NCBI RefSeq assembly: GCF_001194135.2
Contig: NC_068983.1
Span: forward strand, 8,843,728 to 8,907,727
Origin: Octopus bimaculoides
Lineage: Eukaryota
Length of the DNA: 64,000 nucleotides
Direction: 5' to 3'
This document shows, piece by piece, positions 39,101 to 52,757 of the stretch. The translations under genes and the position numbers were made by a program. Below the pieces are notes generated by a model that saw nothing but the letters and a program-made list of their open reading frames with translations, ran no database searches and was not told the origin of the DNA. Position 1 is the first letter of the stretch, and the number at the start of each line of letters is the position of its first letter.

Positions 39101-40489
39101 TTATATATGGGTGTGTGCGCGCGCGCGTGGTGTGCGTGTGCGTGAATCCGACTTTCTCTTCCACTTACCATAGATATTATTTCCATTGTTTGAAGCGCCT
39201 TTCAGCGGTTAGATGGATTCTGTGAAGAAATAGAAATGATAATGCTCTTCTCATTTCTGTTTCTTGCTATAACATTCAGCTTGTCTCTGTTATCAAACAG
39301 CAGGTTATCAGACGATGATCTAAATACACATTCATCTATTCCATGTTGTTAACTCAATATTTTCTGCAAAATATTGGACACCTACAGGTCCGTAAACCCT
39401 AATCCAATGCAATATCAACTGTAAATTCCATATGACAAATCTCGGCTGTGACACACTGTAAAACACACCACTTTGGACATTCTTATACATTTTTGTTCTG
39501 TGCAAGCCCTTCCTGGAGATTCTACACAAATTCCCGCACGTACAAATTCATCTCCACGTTCTTATCGAAGGCTCGTCCTTCACTACATATAGTAGTAGTG
39601 TTGGTGGTGTTTTTCTGTTTTACATTCTGTATTTCACTTATCACTTTATGGTCTGTAGTGAGCGAACTACTCATTTTTCTAAATAGTTTACTGAAGCTGA
39701 TAGTTTTGCAAATTTCTCGATTCGATGGAGTCAGTTTGATTTTAATTTCCCTAAGTGGAATTTTTACGTGAGATTATCTTCTCTTATTAGGTTATTTATT
39801 TAAATTACAATCTTAAATATTTCAAGATATACGGCTCATTATGTTGAATATCTGAGAATCTTGAACCTTTCTTTTCTTTCCCTTTATTTTATTGTTTTAT
39901 TCATTTACTTTCCGCGGCTGCATTGTTTTTTATACTTGTCCCACCACTTTAAGCCCTTTCGTGCATCAAATCTTGTACACAGGGTATTTTCCTGCCGTTC
40001 ATGTAATATGTACGATACATATTCGAATTTACTTTTCAACCACCAGGGCATATGAAACGAAAGCTTTATGTTACTCAGAAGTAAATGACTCGACGGCTAA
40101 CTAAAAAGTATAAAACACTTTGGAGAAGCAAGGGTTAAGTTAATACTCTTCTCAGTATTCGTTTTCTAAAAATCTTATATATTTCACATTATTTACGTTG
40201 AAGTAGAGGTTATCTGTTAATTAAGGCCAGAGAGGTTTCATAAACATTAAACTCGGCATATGGTGACAAGTGAATAATGAAATATAGACCAGCGTTGGCA
40301 ATATATTCAGTTAATAATTTGTTTTCATGAACTGATTCTATCGGTCATCCGTATAATTTATATATTTTAACGTTGACCTAGTTTTTTTTTTCATTTTCAG
40401 TTATTTTAGTTGGTTGCGTTATATAGCATTTTATCTACTTCTTTCTTTGTAGCGGTACTAAAACCACTTATTCGAAGGGTTATTTGAAG

Positions 40490-40935
40490 CGTGGTTATAT
40501 TTGTTTCTTTATTGCTCACAGGGGACTAAACATTGAGAGGACAAACAAACGGATTAAGTCGATTATATCGACCCCAATGCGTAACTGGTACTTAATCTAT
40601 CGACCCCGGAAGAAGGAAAGGCAAAGTCGACCTCGGCGGAATTTGAACTCAGACAGACGAAATACCGCTATGCATTTCGCCCGGCGTGCTAACGTTTCTT
40701 ATTTCTTTATCACTCGCAAGGAGCTAAACATAGAGGGGACAAACAATGACAGACAAAGGGATTAAGTCGATTACATCGACCCAGTGCGTAACTGGTACTT
40801 AATTTATGGGCCCGGAAAGGATGAAAAGCAAAGTCGACCTCGCTGAGACTTGACCTCAGAACGTAACGGCAGACGAAATACCGCTAAGTATCTCGCCCGC
40901 CGTGCTAAGGTTCCTGCCTAGCTCACCGCCAGCGT
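40490..40935 (-). mobile_element. two tandem SINE copies (family C)
   Basis: caaagtcgacctcg..gga.tt.ga.ctcaga...gacgaaataccgcta occurs twice, at about 40620 and 40830. Confidence 0.85.
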
Positions 40936-41373
40936 GGTTATATTGATAAAAATTATGTGAATGAATTATTTGATTATATTCGTATTATAAAAAATTATAG
41001 ATATTATGTCATAAAAAGCGAATTATTATATCCTTGTGTATTACAAAATTAAATCTTTTTGCATCGTCTTCAATTATTTTAATTATGTACGAATCGTGCG
41101 TAAAAATTGTTTTTATTTTAAGTTGTGTTATTCATCCTTTTTTCACCAGTTCGTTTCTACCGCACCTCCGTCTCGACAGTAGTAAGATTTATTTCAAAGA
41201 CATTTTGATTAATTTGATTTAATTAACATATATCGAAGAGTTGCGGTGTGACGAAAAGTTTGATTTCCAACGACATGATTTGCGTGGCAAATTGGGAAAA
41301 TGTCTCCTAATGTAGACCCTAGGTAACGCAAAAATTTTGCGTGGATTTCGAAGGCAGGTGCAAACTAAAAGAG

Positions 41374-41409
<36 letters not shown>

Positions 41410-41454
41410 ATATATAAATAGAAAAGGCAGAATTTCGATTATCCCCACGTGGTG

Positions 41455-41640
41455 AGTTGTAATGTAAAAAATATATAGGGATAGGAGTGGCTGTGTGCTG
41501 AGGAGCTTTCTTCACAACTGCATGTTTCTGGGTTCAGTCCTATTGCCTGGAACCTCACCTTGGACAACTTTCTTCTACTATAGCCTCGGGTCGACTCAAT
41601 CCTTGGAGCGAATTTGGTAGACAGAAGATAGAGGTGCTCG
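41455..41640 (+). mobile_element. degenerate SINE (family A)
   Basis: ggagtggctgtgtg...catgtttctgggttcagtcc...cttctactatagcctcgggtcgac...tttggtagac. Confidence 0.65.
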
Positions 41641-41644
41641 TCGA

Positions 41645-41976
41645 CTCGTGCCATTTCCGCTCTACCGGTCATTCACTACAATACTTGTCTGTGTTCGGAT
41701 TGTCTTCGCACAGGAGCCAACCGGACTCCCGCCTTCACCGTGAGTTGGAATTAATCTTCTCTCTTCGCTCCTTTGCGCCACATGGGATCAATTCCCCTCC
41801 TCTGTTCACCTGACTCCCCAGCTCTCCTCTCTTCATCTGATATCTATTTTCTCTCTTTATTCCAACACACCTCTACTCTCTTGCTCTAACACAAACTTCC
41901 TCTCTTCACTCCTACCATCTTCTCTCGTCATTGATACCCCCTCCACCTAAACCACATCACACACTCTCCATCCCAA
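41645..41976 (+). mobile_element. Penelope-like element 3' tip (GIY-YIG C-terminus plus CT-rich tail)
   Basis: HFRSTGHSLQYLSVFGL...RLHRELELIFSLRSFAPHGINS...* (stop at about 41811-41813) matches HF...GH......V.GL...R..RE..LI..L.T..P.GLN. Confidence 0.75.
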
Positions 41977-42223
41977 NNNNNNNNNNNNNNNNNNNNNNNN
42001 NNNNNNNNNNNNNNNNNNNNNNNNNNNNNNNNNNNNNNNNNNNNNNNNNNNNNNNNNNNNNNNNNNNNNNNNNNNNNNNNNNNNNNNNNNNNNNNNNNNN
42101 NNNNNNNNNNNNNNNNNNNNNNNNNNNNNNNNNNNNNNNNNNNNNNNNNNNNNNNNNNNNNNNNNNNNNNNNNNNNNNNNNNNNNNNNNNNNNNNNNNNN
42201 NNNNNNNNNNNNNNNNTATATAT

Positions 42224-42260
<37 letters not shown>

Positions 42261-42299
42261 TGTGCTTGTGTGTGTACATATATATGTAGGTGTGTGTGT

Positions 42300-42880
42300 G
42301 AAGGCGCAAGGCTTAGTGGTTAAGGTATTGCACTGAGGATCTCAAGATCATAGTTTCGACTCCCAGATTGGACGTCACGTTGTGTTCTTGAGCAAAGCAC
42401 ATCTCTTCACGCTTCTCCAGTTCACTCAGTGGCAAATGGGTAACTCTGCGATGGAATAGCTTTCCAATCAGTGAAAATATTGGCCTGCTTTACTAACCAG
42501 CGTGGTGGCATCATTCGAGAGTCAAAAAAAAAAAACCTGCGAAACGCTTTTCTAACCAGCGATGTATAACAATCGCTTAACAACAGTTGTTGGGTTGTTT
42601 ACGTTTGCGCGTTAAAAAATTAGTAATGAGATTGATTCGTTCAATAAATTTCAAGGTTGTGCCCCAGTATGTTTGCAGTGTAATGACTGAAACAAGTAAA
42701 AAATCTATATGTAATATAGATACCAGTAGCTTACACACATTTTCCGCCTACCAAATTCATTCGCACCTTATTGGTCGATCCGAGGTTATAGATGATAGTA
42801 ATTTCAGAAGGTGCCGTGAAGTGAGGCTGAAATCGAAACCATGTGTTTGAGAAGCAAGCTTTTTAACCACAAAGCCATGT
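42300..42880. mobile_element. degenerate SINEs (plus about 42300-42710; minus about 42720-42880)
   Basis: ggcttagtggttaagg...gtttcgactccc...gttgtgttcttgagcaaagcac; tail aatgactgaaacaagtaaaa; a reverse family A head follows. Confidence 0.6.
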
Positions 42881-43340
42881 CAACGCCTATGTTACTTAAA
42901 TCTAATCAACTTAATCATAAGTTATTTTTTCAAAAGAAATCTTACTACACTCGAGACGTAGGTGCGGAAGAAATGAATCGGAGAAGAGTGGAATAAATAG
43001 CAGGACATAATTTTTTTGTACAGACGATTTGTGTATAATTAAGATAATTGAAGACTACATAAGAAGACTTAAGTTTATAACACACAATATTATAAAAAGT
43101 CGTTTTTTTTAAAGACGTAAGATCTATAATTATTTATTGTAAGAATATAATAAAACAATTCATTCATAAATAGATCTAAATTTCACAAACATATTCTACG
43201 TAGCAATATAGCCACGCCTGGGATAACCCTCTTTGTGTAGGATACATACACAAAGATCAAATTACAATTAATGCTATAAAGAAAACAAGCAAAGTAAATA
43301 AACAAGTCATATGTGATTATGTTTTTTTTTTGTGCTGGTA

Positions 43341-43572
43341 TCTCCCTTCGCTGTTTGACAACCTGTCTTCGTGCCTCCCCCTCGCGGCTTGACAACCTGG
43401 GTTCGTGCCTCCCCCTCGCCGCTTGACAACCTTTGTTCGTGCCTACCGCTCGCCGTTTGACAACCTTTGTTCGTGTCCCCCCCTCACCGTTTGACAACCT
43501 GTGTTCGTGCCTTCCCCTCACCGTTTGACATCTATGTTCGTCCCTCCCCCTCGCTGTTTGACAACTCGTGTT
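43341..43572. repeat. 34-bp minisatellite, 7 units
   Basis: gaca(a/t)c at 43357, 43391, 43425, 43459, 43493, 43527 and 43560; no unique spacers. Confidence 0.9.
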
Positions 43573-44559
43573 TGTTAGATTATAACATATCTACTTACTC
43601 GTTTTTACGTGCGATTCCTAAACGTAATGCAATTACTAGTCTCATAATGTAATTTATGCGGTTGTCAAAAGACACCGATAGAATACGTATAAGACGTAAA
43701 AAATAAGTACTAGGGTTAATTTGTTTGACTAAACTTTTCTACGCCATGTTCCACTTTGGCTTTAGTCCAATGACTGAAACACAAAGCAAATAATAATATG
43801 GCATTTTTGTTTTTAATCAAATTTAGTCGGATCTCAATTTGCTTAGTGACATTCCATTTTATGTAGAATAAAGTAGATGTCACGAATTTTTTTCTTCATC
43901 CGATCTCTAATTAGGTTTCCGTGTTTATCGATGTTTTAAATATTATAATTTCACTTTTGAACATCTATTGTTATGTAGTATAGAATAATTTTCTGTAATA
44001 ACAGAAACATTATTTGTTTAAACTAATCAACGATCGAATTCGTTTGTTTACTTGGACAATAGAATCATTCGATTTGTCGACTTTCATAAACAGTTTTAAA
44101 ATGTTTTTAGCCGTCTTCAAGACAGTAATTTTGTCTACAATTACACTCGATACATATTCTCTTCTTCTCTCCCTCCTTATTTTTCACGTCTAATTTTGTT
44201 CTTAAATATATCTTCGATTATTTTTCGTGTCCAACTACGTCATCTTATTTACTTTGTCACACCGTTTGTTAACTGATAGTATTTTGACGTTTCTACTGCG
44301 ATATTACATAAATTTACTAAATATTTCAGATGAGCTCTTATGTAGCGAGTGGAGTTAGCAGATTGTAAAATATTTTTCTTTCTACTTCTGACAAAAGGCC
44401 AGAAATTATTGGAGAGTGGCGCTAGTCCATTACATTGAATCCGATGTTCAGCTGGAACTTGTTTGGTTCACAACCGAAATTATGAAAGGGAAAGTCGACC
44501 TACGTATTATTTTACCTCAGAAAAAGGCACAGGCAGGGAGTAAGCAAACATTGAGAGAC

Positions 44560-44937
44560 TGTATGGCAGGTAGCTAGCTTACCAACCACATGGTTCCGGG
44601 TTCATCCCTACTGCGTGGCACCTTGGGTAAGTGTCTTCTACTATAGCCTCGGGCAGACCAAAGCCTTCTGAGTGGATTTAGTAGACGGAAACTGAAAGCC
44701 TGTCGTATATATATATATGTGTGGGTATATGTTTTTGGGTGTGTATTTGTCCCCCCAATATCGCTTGACAACCGATGCTGGTGTGTCTACGTCCTCGTAA
44801 CTTAGCGGTTCGGCAAAAAGAGACCGATAGAATAAGTACTAGGCTTACAACGAATAAGTCCTGGGGTCGATTTGCTCGACTAAAGGCGGTGCTCCAGCAA
44901 ATGACTGAAACAAGTAAAAGAGAGTAAAAGAGAGTAA
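44560..44937 (+). mobile_element. near-complete SINE (family A)
   Basis: Head accaaccacatggttccgggttc; body ctatagcctcggg..ggtagacggaaactg; tail aatgactgaaacaag(taaaagagag)2. Confidence 0.85.
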
Positions 44938-45199
44938 CTTTTCGCGTATGATTCATAAAGGTAATGCGATTATTGGTTTCATAATTCTCAGTACATAATG
45001 AAGACTTATTGTCAAAATCGTCATGAGAAATCCGGCAAGAGGAGCAAAAATACTCAGAGTTAATTACTTAACTTTGACCTAATTTAAGATTAAAAACTAC
45101 ATTTCACAAATATATATTTGTTGTTAGGAAAACGTTCCTGGATTAGTTACGCTTAATGAAAAATAATTTATTTTCTTAAATTTTAACATCAATTCTTAG

Positions 45200-45919
45200 G
45201 AAATAGTCACCTTGCAGAGCAATACACAGGTCTCAGCGTCCCTGCTACTTTTCAGCTCCGGCCTTGAAGTCGTTTTGCATAAGCGAATCGAAGACCTTCT
45301 GCGATTCATTCTGGATCCCGACAACGGTGTTAAAACGGTGACCTTTAAATATAAATGTAGCCTACTCACTCCAAGCAATACTTGTTGGAAAGTAAACGCT
45401 TCTATGCCTGTTGTGAAATATCACTGGTAAAGTAATACTACTCGGTTTGGATCGACTTCAGTCTTGCAAAGTATCTTTCCAGCGACAACGCTTCAAAAAG
45501 TAATGCATGATTAATCGTGAAATTCCTATCTCAGGAGCCGCTTGGCGCACAGAATTGTTTTGAACTCTGTCAATAAGTTTCCATAATCCTTTCGTGCTCA
45601 TTTGTGTTCTTCGATATCCATGGTCTTCCGGAACGGTTCTTTGCGTACGCCCTGGACATAATTCTATCTACATCAAGCTTATTTCTAATTCGAGAAGTCG
45701 TAAGTCACATCAGTAATCTGTGTGAAACACCCGCTTAAACCACCTCTTTACAATTTAACTGCGCTTTGAAACTTCCCGTAGCTCTTTAGGGTAAATATCA
45801 TTTATTCAAATCTTAATCTAGTTCCCTTCATTATGTCTGATTGTTTAATTCTAAAAGCAAATGCAAATTGAACTAGTTATTTACTTTTGATGTGTGTATA
45901 CATTTCTGTGGACAACCTG
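45200..45919 (-). mobile_element. Tc1/mariner (rosa-like) 5' half, decayed
   Basis: End TA|caggttgtccacagaaatg at 45919; MKGTRLRFE*MIFTLKSY.., RIRNKL..RSGRP, SVRQAAPEIGIS, WSE*ATF. The subfamily call rests on N-terminal resemblance only; the D41D spacing is not present in this copy. Confidence 0.7.
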
Positions 45920-46596
45920 TATATATGCATGTATATGTTAGTGCGTCTGAATGTATTAGTTCGTGTGCGTATGTGTGCATGCGTGTATTTGTTTTGTGTG
46001 TGTGCACGCGCTTTGCTTGTATGATCACGTCAAACCATAAAACAGATTTCAATAATTTCACAAAAATTATTAAATTATATCAAATAGCATCGTTGCAGCT
46101 AATGATTTCTGTAATTCTATATAGACAGCATAAGTATATATTTGAAAAAAAAAATTTCAGCGAATTTTTGCATTACTTCACAAACTTTCTCTTAACGTAT
46201 ACGTTTTTTTCCCTTTCACTTCAGCTTTCAGAATACAAATTCCTGTATTATGTATTTATCAATCTTGAGAGAACTGGAGTGTCTTAGAATATGTCTAATT
46301 ATATACATTAGGTTAAGAACTATCTTTTAACATAACGTGACATAGAACACCACAGTCAGCAATTCGAGAAAGAAAACAGGTAAAATAAGTTATTTCGATA
46401 TTTTCCATTTTTATATTGTTACATTTTGGGTTTTTTCAACTACATTACCATCAGTATCAGAAAGCTTATGACTAGCGATCGGTAGAAACAATGAATAAGA
46501 TAAGGTGTGAGTGACTGTGAATCAATTTTCTGTTCTATGTATATACGATCACGGGCTAATCTCTCTCTCTTTATACATTCATACACTTATATATGC

Positions 46597-46633
<37 letters not shown>

Positions 46634-46671
46634 TAGATATATTTAGATGTATGTATGTATGTATGTGTGTG

Positions 46672-46712
<41 letters not shown>

Positions 46713-47030
46713 NNNNNNNNNNNNNNNNNNNNNNNNNNNNNNNNNNNNNNNNNNNNNNNNNNNNNNNNNNNNNNNNNNNNNNNNNNNNNNNNNNNNNNNN
46801 NNNNNNNNNNNNNNNNNNNNNNNNNNNNNNNNNNNNNNNNNNNNNNNNNNNNNNNNNNNNNNNNNNNNNNNNNNNNNNNNNNNNNNNNNNNNNNNNNNNN
46901 NNNNNNNNNNNNNNNNNNNNNNNNNNNNNNNNNNNNNNNNNNNNNNNNNNNNNNNNNNNNNNNNNNNNNNNNNNNNNNNNNNNNNNNNNNNNNNNNNNNN
47001 NNNNNNNNNNNTATATATATATATATATAT

Positions 47031-47640
47031 TGGGTAACCAAAAGAAACCGTAATTTAGCAATGATATTTTATTCACTTAGTTTTATAAGTTTACACTTTT
47101 ATCGCCTTGAATGTGTTCTACATTTGAAGGAATGTATCGTTGCAGGCGCGCTTTTCACTGTTCTAAGTAGTGCTGGAACTCTTGCGAAGCGATGCCTTCT
47201 AATGCCTACTTTAATTTGTTCTTCACTTCTTCCATGGTCCACGGCTGCAAATTCCGTAGCACCAGCTATTGTCACCAGAGATGACCTTCAAAAAGAGGTC
47301 TAGGTCCACTTCCAACTGTTCTTTCAGTACACGTAACGCATTCAGTCGTCACCGCTTTTGATCTTACGTGAGCAAGCGAGGCACAAATTTTTCTGCACCT
47401 CGTTTCATTCATAACCCCTCGCTCAAAATTGGTTGGCAGGAGATCCTGGTGACACATTCATATCAACAAGTTCATCACGTATTCAGTTACGGTGCTCTAA
47501 GATCAGTGCATGAATTTTCATGATGTTTTCAGCTCATTGGTTGCCTGAACGAGGTTGGACTTCAAGCGACAAGTGACCATTGTTAAAACGTGGAAACCAC
47601 TCGTAAACTTGTGTTTTGCTCATGGTAGGTTCCTTGAAGT
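47031..47640 (-). mobile_element. internally deleted mariner relic
   Basis: FKEPTMSKTQVYEWFPRFNNGHLSLEVQPRSG; FLKVISGDNSWCYG joined to a C-terminal MEEVKNK..ALEGI..QEFQH; TIR-like end tgggtaaccaaaagaaaccg next to (TA)n. Confidence 0.75.
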
Positions 47641-47704
47641 TATATATATATATAAAACTTACTTGGAAAAGGATGCGTGGCGTTCGATCATATAATAACT
47701 CTAC

Positions 47705-48290
47705 TGGGCCGTCTCTTAGTTTAAGTTGGTGAATACTGCCATAATCCTTGCCTTCAGTTCATCTTTGTTGTTACTAGGGGTGTTGTTGGTCTCTCGTTCA
47801 ACTGCACCCCACACATAATAATCAAAGGGGTTGTAGTATGAGGGGAGAGGTATTTAGATGTTAGCGGTGATATGGTCGCAGAAATTATCAGGCAGCTATG
47901 ACGGGGTTCTCCTGCCTGTGTGGCATGGTGCAGAGTCCTGTTGCCAGACATAGGGTCTTCCATCAGTCACCCTGTTGACCCAGGGACACACTACCTACTT
48001 CAGACTCAACACGGATACTTAAATCAAGGGCCTGAAGGTGTGTGGAAAGATGAATGGAGGCATAACGTCACCATCACTAGTGATCACTCCAAACACCATG
48101 ATGTTGACTGGCTGTTGTCCTCAGATTGACACCTAAACACTCTGAAATGTTCGCATTGGAGCTTCCGGCGTGAAATGCCAAGCAGTAAGGCATGTCGATT
48201 CCAAATTTCTGGAAGAGTGAAATGCGTCATGGTGCTAATTTTCTCATAGACGGTGCCCAACTGACCCTACTATACTGTGTAGTCGACAAA
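47705..48290 (-). mobile_element. internally deleted maT-like (D37D) transposon relic
   Basis: ATG at 48230 (MTHFTLPEIWNRHALLLGI); PVNIMVFGVITSDGDVMPPFIFPH; QQDSAPCHT...NPFDYYVWGAVERETN, with 37 codons between the two Ds. Confidence 0.85.
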
Positions 48291-48353
48291 ATTGAATACA
48301 AACAATGCGCACGCACAAACTAAAATATACAATCGTGACAATTTACCTATCGC

Positions 48354-48433
<80 letters not shown>

Positions 48434-49671
48434 CATACATACATACAAATAGATACTCTTGCATGAATATATTTGAACGTTTTACCTTAGCAGGCGATTG
48501 TATGTGAATGTATGCCCTGTCTTTGTGTTCTTGCCCATACAGCGACATATAAACAGTTGTGCTTATGCTCATTCCTGGATATTCAAATGGAGAATCTATA
48601 GAATGTCCTAATATTCTGCTCTAGAAATGGAATGGATTGGGAAGATAACAAATAGTTTCCTTTCTTCGACACCCATTGCATTTACAAGCATTTATGCAAA
48701 TCTCTTTTCACAAAACCTCGATTTTCTATGATGGTATGTACGAATGCATCTGTAGCTTTTATGCAAGAGCTGTAATTTTTGCATTAGTCCACCATTGATC
48801 GTATTTTTCACTACAGTAAATGATACATGCATATTGACTCTGCAAATGCAGCTACAATAGCGCATGATTTTTCCACCACACCACGTAAAACAGTATTCGG
48901 TCATTTATATATACAGAAAAATTGCTGCATTTTTATTGGAATATCCCATCTGTATTTCTTATTTTTGATGGGGTGAATATATTTTGGTTCCTGATAATTA
49001 TTTCCTCAGTTGCCTACGAAATAAAAACACTCTTCCTCAGCAAACTCCGTTATCATGTCTCACTATGCTGCAAATACCAACTGAATAAAATTCAGGTTAT
49101 AGATAAAGCAATAAAGCGTCGCTGGTCTTATTTTTTCTCTCCACTGAAAACATTAACACGCAGTCTACATATTTCAACATATGAACAGCGTTTCGACTAA
49201 GCTCTCGTCCTTGGATTTTCTAGCCTTTTACCTACTCGTGTGTGTGCATCTTTTTCTTACATAACATCTAAAGATTGTATTTGGTTGTCGGAGGGGTTTC
49301 GCTATCTGTCGATGATTTTCGACGTTAAGTAATACATTTAGGTTGTGTGTTATATTTTACACCGATTCCTGTTTCTTCGATGTATGAATAAATAATGACT
49401 TGATCCTCATCGCAGTAAGTTATTCGGTGCCCTAAAGTTTGTGATGAATATTCTGTGTCAATTTCGTCAATAAATCACAAATAATATCAAGTCCGTCAAT
49501 ACATGAAAATTGATTGAAAATTGATTTTACCGCTATTCGAAGGTGCCTCGGGAAAAATAAGCTGACAAACGCACAGCCATAGTCATGACCAATGTCCTCC
49601 TAAAATTGTAGCGACATGCGCGCTAATTTATGGAGGTGCACAAAGTACATTCACGTACACACACATCCTGT

Positions 49672-49740
<69 letters not shown>

Positions 49741-50250
49741 TTATTAATATTGTATGATTGAACGCCATGCATCCATTTCCGAGTAATATATATATATATA
49801 TATTTTATTTATTTATGTGTTTCAGCCGAGTGGCTGCGGTCATGCTGGAGCACCACCGTGAAAAGTTGAGTAGACCGCGGAGTAATTCGAACTCAGAATT
49901 TTAAGTCGGGATAAATGCCTCTAAGTATTTTGCCTAGCATGCTACCGATTCTGCCAGCTCGAGCTGCAGTCATTGTGAGTAGATTTACACATGCACACAA
50001 GCACACACACACACACATACCTATATATATATATATGTATATACACATATATATACACTCGTATATGTATATGCATACATATACATATATACAATCGTAA
50101 ATATATATATACATACATATACATACATATATATATACATACACATACATNNNNNNNNNNNNNNNNNNNNNNNNNNNNNNNNNNNNNNNNNNNNNNNNNN
50201 NNNNNNNNNNNNNNNNNNNNNNNNNNNNNNNNNNNNNNNNNNNNNNNNNN

Positions 50251-50284
<34 letters not shown>

Positions 50285-50743
50285 TTCAGGTAAGGTAATT
50301 CATTGGAAGCGTCAACATAGATAACAGCGTGCTGGCTTCTTTTAGAAAGAGGTGAACGCAATTAGACGTGTGCTGTCCGTAGGATAAAATCGCCCAAGCA
50401 ATTTGAATAAGCTTTGCTGAATCGAATATAAATGGGTGTATGCGAATGTGAATGTATCTCATAGTAGATGCATTTATACGCATGCGTCATGGCGTGTACA
50501 CAAATAGGTACATACGTACAGAGAAGTATGTGTGTGTGTATATATATACACATACACACACACATACATACACACACACACATACACATATATAGTACGA
50601 ATGTATCGCTGTATCTATATATAATTACAAACATGTGTACATGTGCGCATATATATATATATACATACATATAATATAACGTATATACATATCTATATAT
50701 CTATGTATATACATATATATATAAGATGTATATACGTTTATAT

Positions 50744-50793
<50 letters not shown>

Positions 50794-51662
50794 AAATATG
50801 CACATATATATGCATATATACCTCATATACATACATATATATGTATATATAAACATGAGTTTGTGTGTGTGAGTGTGAGTGAATTTTAATTTTCCTTTCA
50901 AGAGGAGTGTAATTTCGATAAGGAAATAGAATGCTTTCCAATCTGACTGGAAATCTTCAGTTTAATTTAAATTCGTGTGAAGTTTCGAGCTGAAGAGGAA
51001 AATGAAAAATAAAAAATATATATATATGTAAATGAAAACAAAAATCACGTAGATTTTAGTTCGGAAATGTTGAACATAATATAAACAGCATGCTTTTTCA
51101 CCAGTGTCTATTAATAAAGCAATCTCTATATTAGTATATGTTTATATATATATATAAGTAGTGCAATCTTCTTACCCATCCACTTTCAATTTAGAACAGC
51201 TATTTTAAGAATTATACCCATTAGAGTCTCTTACCTTTCTGCTAAACAAAATATATCTCAAAGCCACGCCGTGTTCTACTACCAAGCCCTGAAGAGAAAT
51301 AGCTATGATATTATTCTCGAATTTTAACACCAAAATTAAACAGATCATATGCCTCAGTAATCTATAAATATTTCAGTCACTCACACATAAAACAACCGCT
51401 GTAATCTTCGCTTGTATAATAGGGAATATGTACGAGAAGCTTGTGATCAATCCAAGAACACAGACTCTTCCGCAGACACACCAGAGAATGCAGTCATCTA
51501 CAACATTACAAAACAAAGAAAGGAAAGGCCGAATAGAAGGCATTCAGTCTAAAGTTGATGGTTTGAATAGAACGAAAACAAAATACAATATCGAATCGAA
51601 TTTTTTTTTTCTTTTTAAAGAAAATGCCCTATCTAGTTGATGGTTCCGAGATAACAACATGG

Positions 51663-52240
51663 TTAATGTAGCTCCCACTTCAGCTTCCACAACAGTTTCA
51701 ATACGGCTTCGGTATCTTCAGCATGCATTCCTCACTGGGTCTCTAGGAAGAAATCGAACATCTCCCTGATCTTGGCCACCATATCGGCTGCGGAGTTCCT
51801 GCAGAGCGGTTAGTGTGTTTCTCAACAACGCTCCACACATAGTAATCCGTGAGCTTAGAATCAGAGGAAGTATGTGGCAAGAAATTGGGGCTGATGATGT
51901 AGAAGAAATTCTCCATGACAACCACTTGGGACTCTTTCGGGACTTATGACAAGGAGTTAAATCCTGTTGCTATATATATGACCTTCCTCCAGAATCTCTC
52001 TCCAAAAGGGGTTTGACCACAGTGTCCTGCAGATTCACATAGCCGTTCGGATTTAGCCGAAGTAACTGTTTATAGAAGTGGACACGAATCTTGGCCTGCA
52101 GACAAAATCAGAACGACTGTTGTGCTACTTCCTGCTGTCCACAGATTCGTACTTACCGTTGCTTCTGTTCATACAGCATTGAGCAGCATTCATGATGTCG
52201 GCATTTTGATACATGTCCTAAATCATCATGATACAGGTAA
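51663..52240 (-). mobile_element. second maT-like relic, internally deleted
   Basis: NRSNGKYES..RK*H..RSD (N-terminal); RLNPNGYVNL..TVVKP..GRSYI*QQDLTPCHKS; TDYYVWSVVEKHTN; PRDPVRNAC*RYRSRIETVVEAE. Confidence 0.8.
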
Positions 52241-52289
52241 ATCTTTTCCAATATTCAGGCGACTAAGACATCGAGCTTGCAGAATCATT

Positions 52290-52714
52290 ACCGCGACAGA
52301 CATCCTTAGCCCGTCTTTACACTCTGAGCTCAAATTCTTCTGAGATCGACTTTGTCTTTTATTTTTTCAAGGTCGATAAAATAATTACCTTTTGAGCATT
52401 GGGTCCGATGTTAGTCCATTTACGCCCTCAGCCTAAATTATTGGCTTTTAGCCAAAATTTGAAACCACTATCCGGGTGGCTTTCTGGCCTCCATATCGGT
52501 CAACTTTTCCCAGACCAACTACAATATTAATCTTTGCGCAGGTTCAAAGCTGTCGACTGTTCACCAATTCATCAAGTTCCTTATGAAAACAGGAGACAAA
52601 AAGTCGTCAAATGTTGCATTAAAGCCCGGTCTGTTGGTTTAACTCTTCCTATTAAGTTCTTTCCCGTACACTCAACCCGACTGTTTTCTGTACCCAATTT
52701 TACTCTCGAGGTAA

Positions 52715-52757
<43 letters not shown>

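Noticed and set aside
35868-39225. Long ORFs of 230-720 aa in the track
   Set aside because: They consist mostly of N-gap translation and GA/CT low-complexity sequence; only the PLE motifs are real.
39332-39771. Overlapping 65-107 aa ORFs in unique sequence
   Set aside because: No recognisable domain and no consistent splice frame on either strand.
43341-43572. Regular 34-bp repeats as a CRISPR array
   Set aside because: The units are contiguous with no unique spacers, there are no cas genes, and the context is eukaryotic.
49468-49477. Pbx/Hox-like site TGATTTATTG (minus)
   Set aside because: A single 10-mer in AT-rich DNA is expected by chance.
52145-52236. 92-nt plus-strand exon with good acceptor and donor
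   Set aside because: It overlaps, antisense, the N-terminal part of the maT-like relic at 51663-52240; the splice-like signals are probably incidental.
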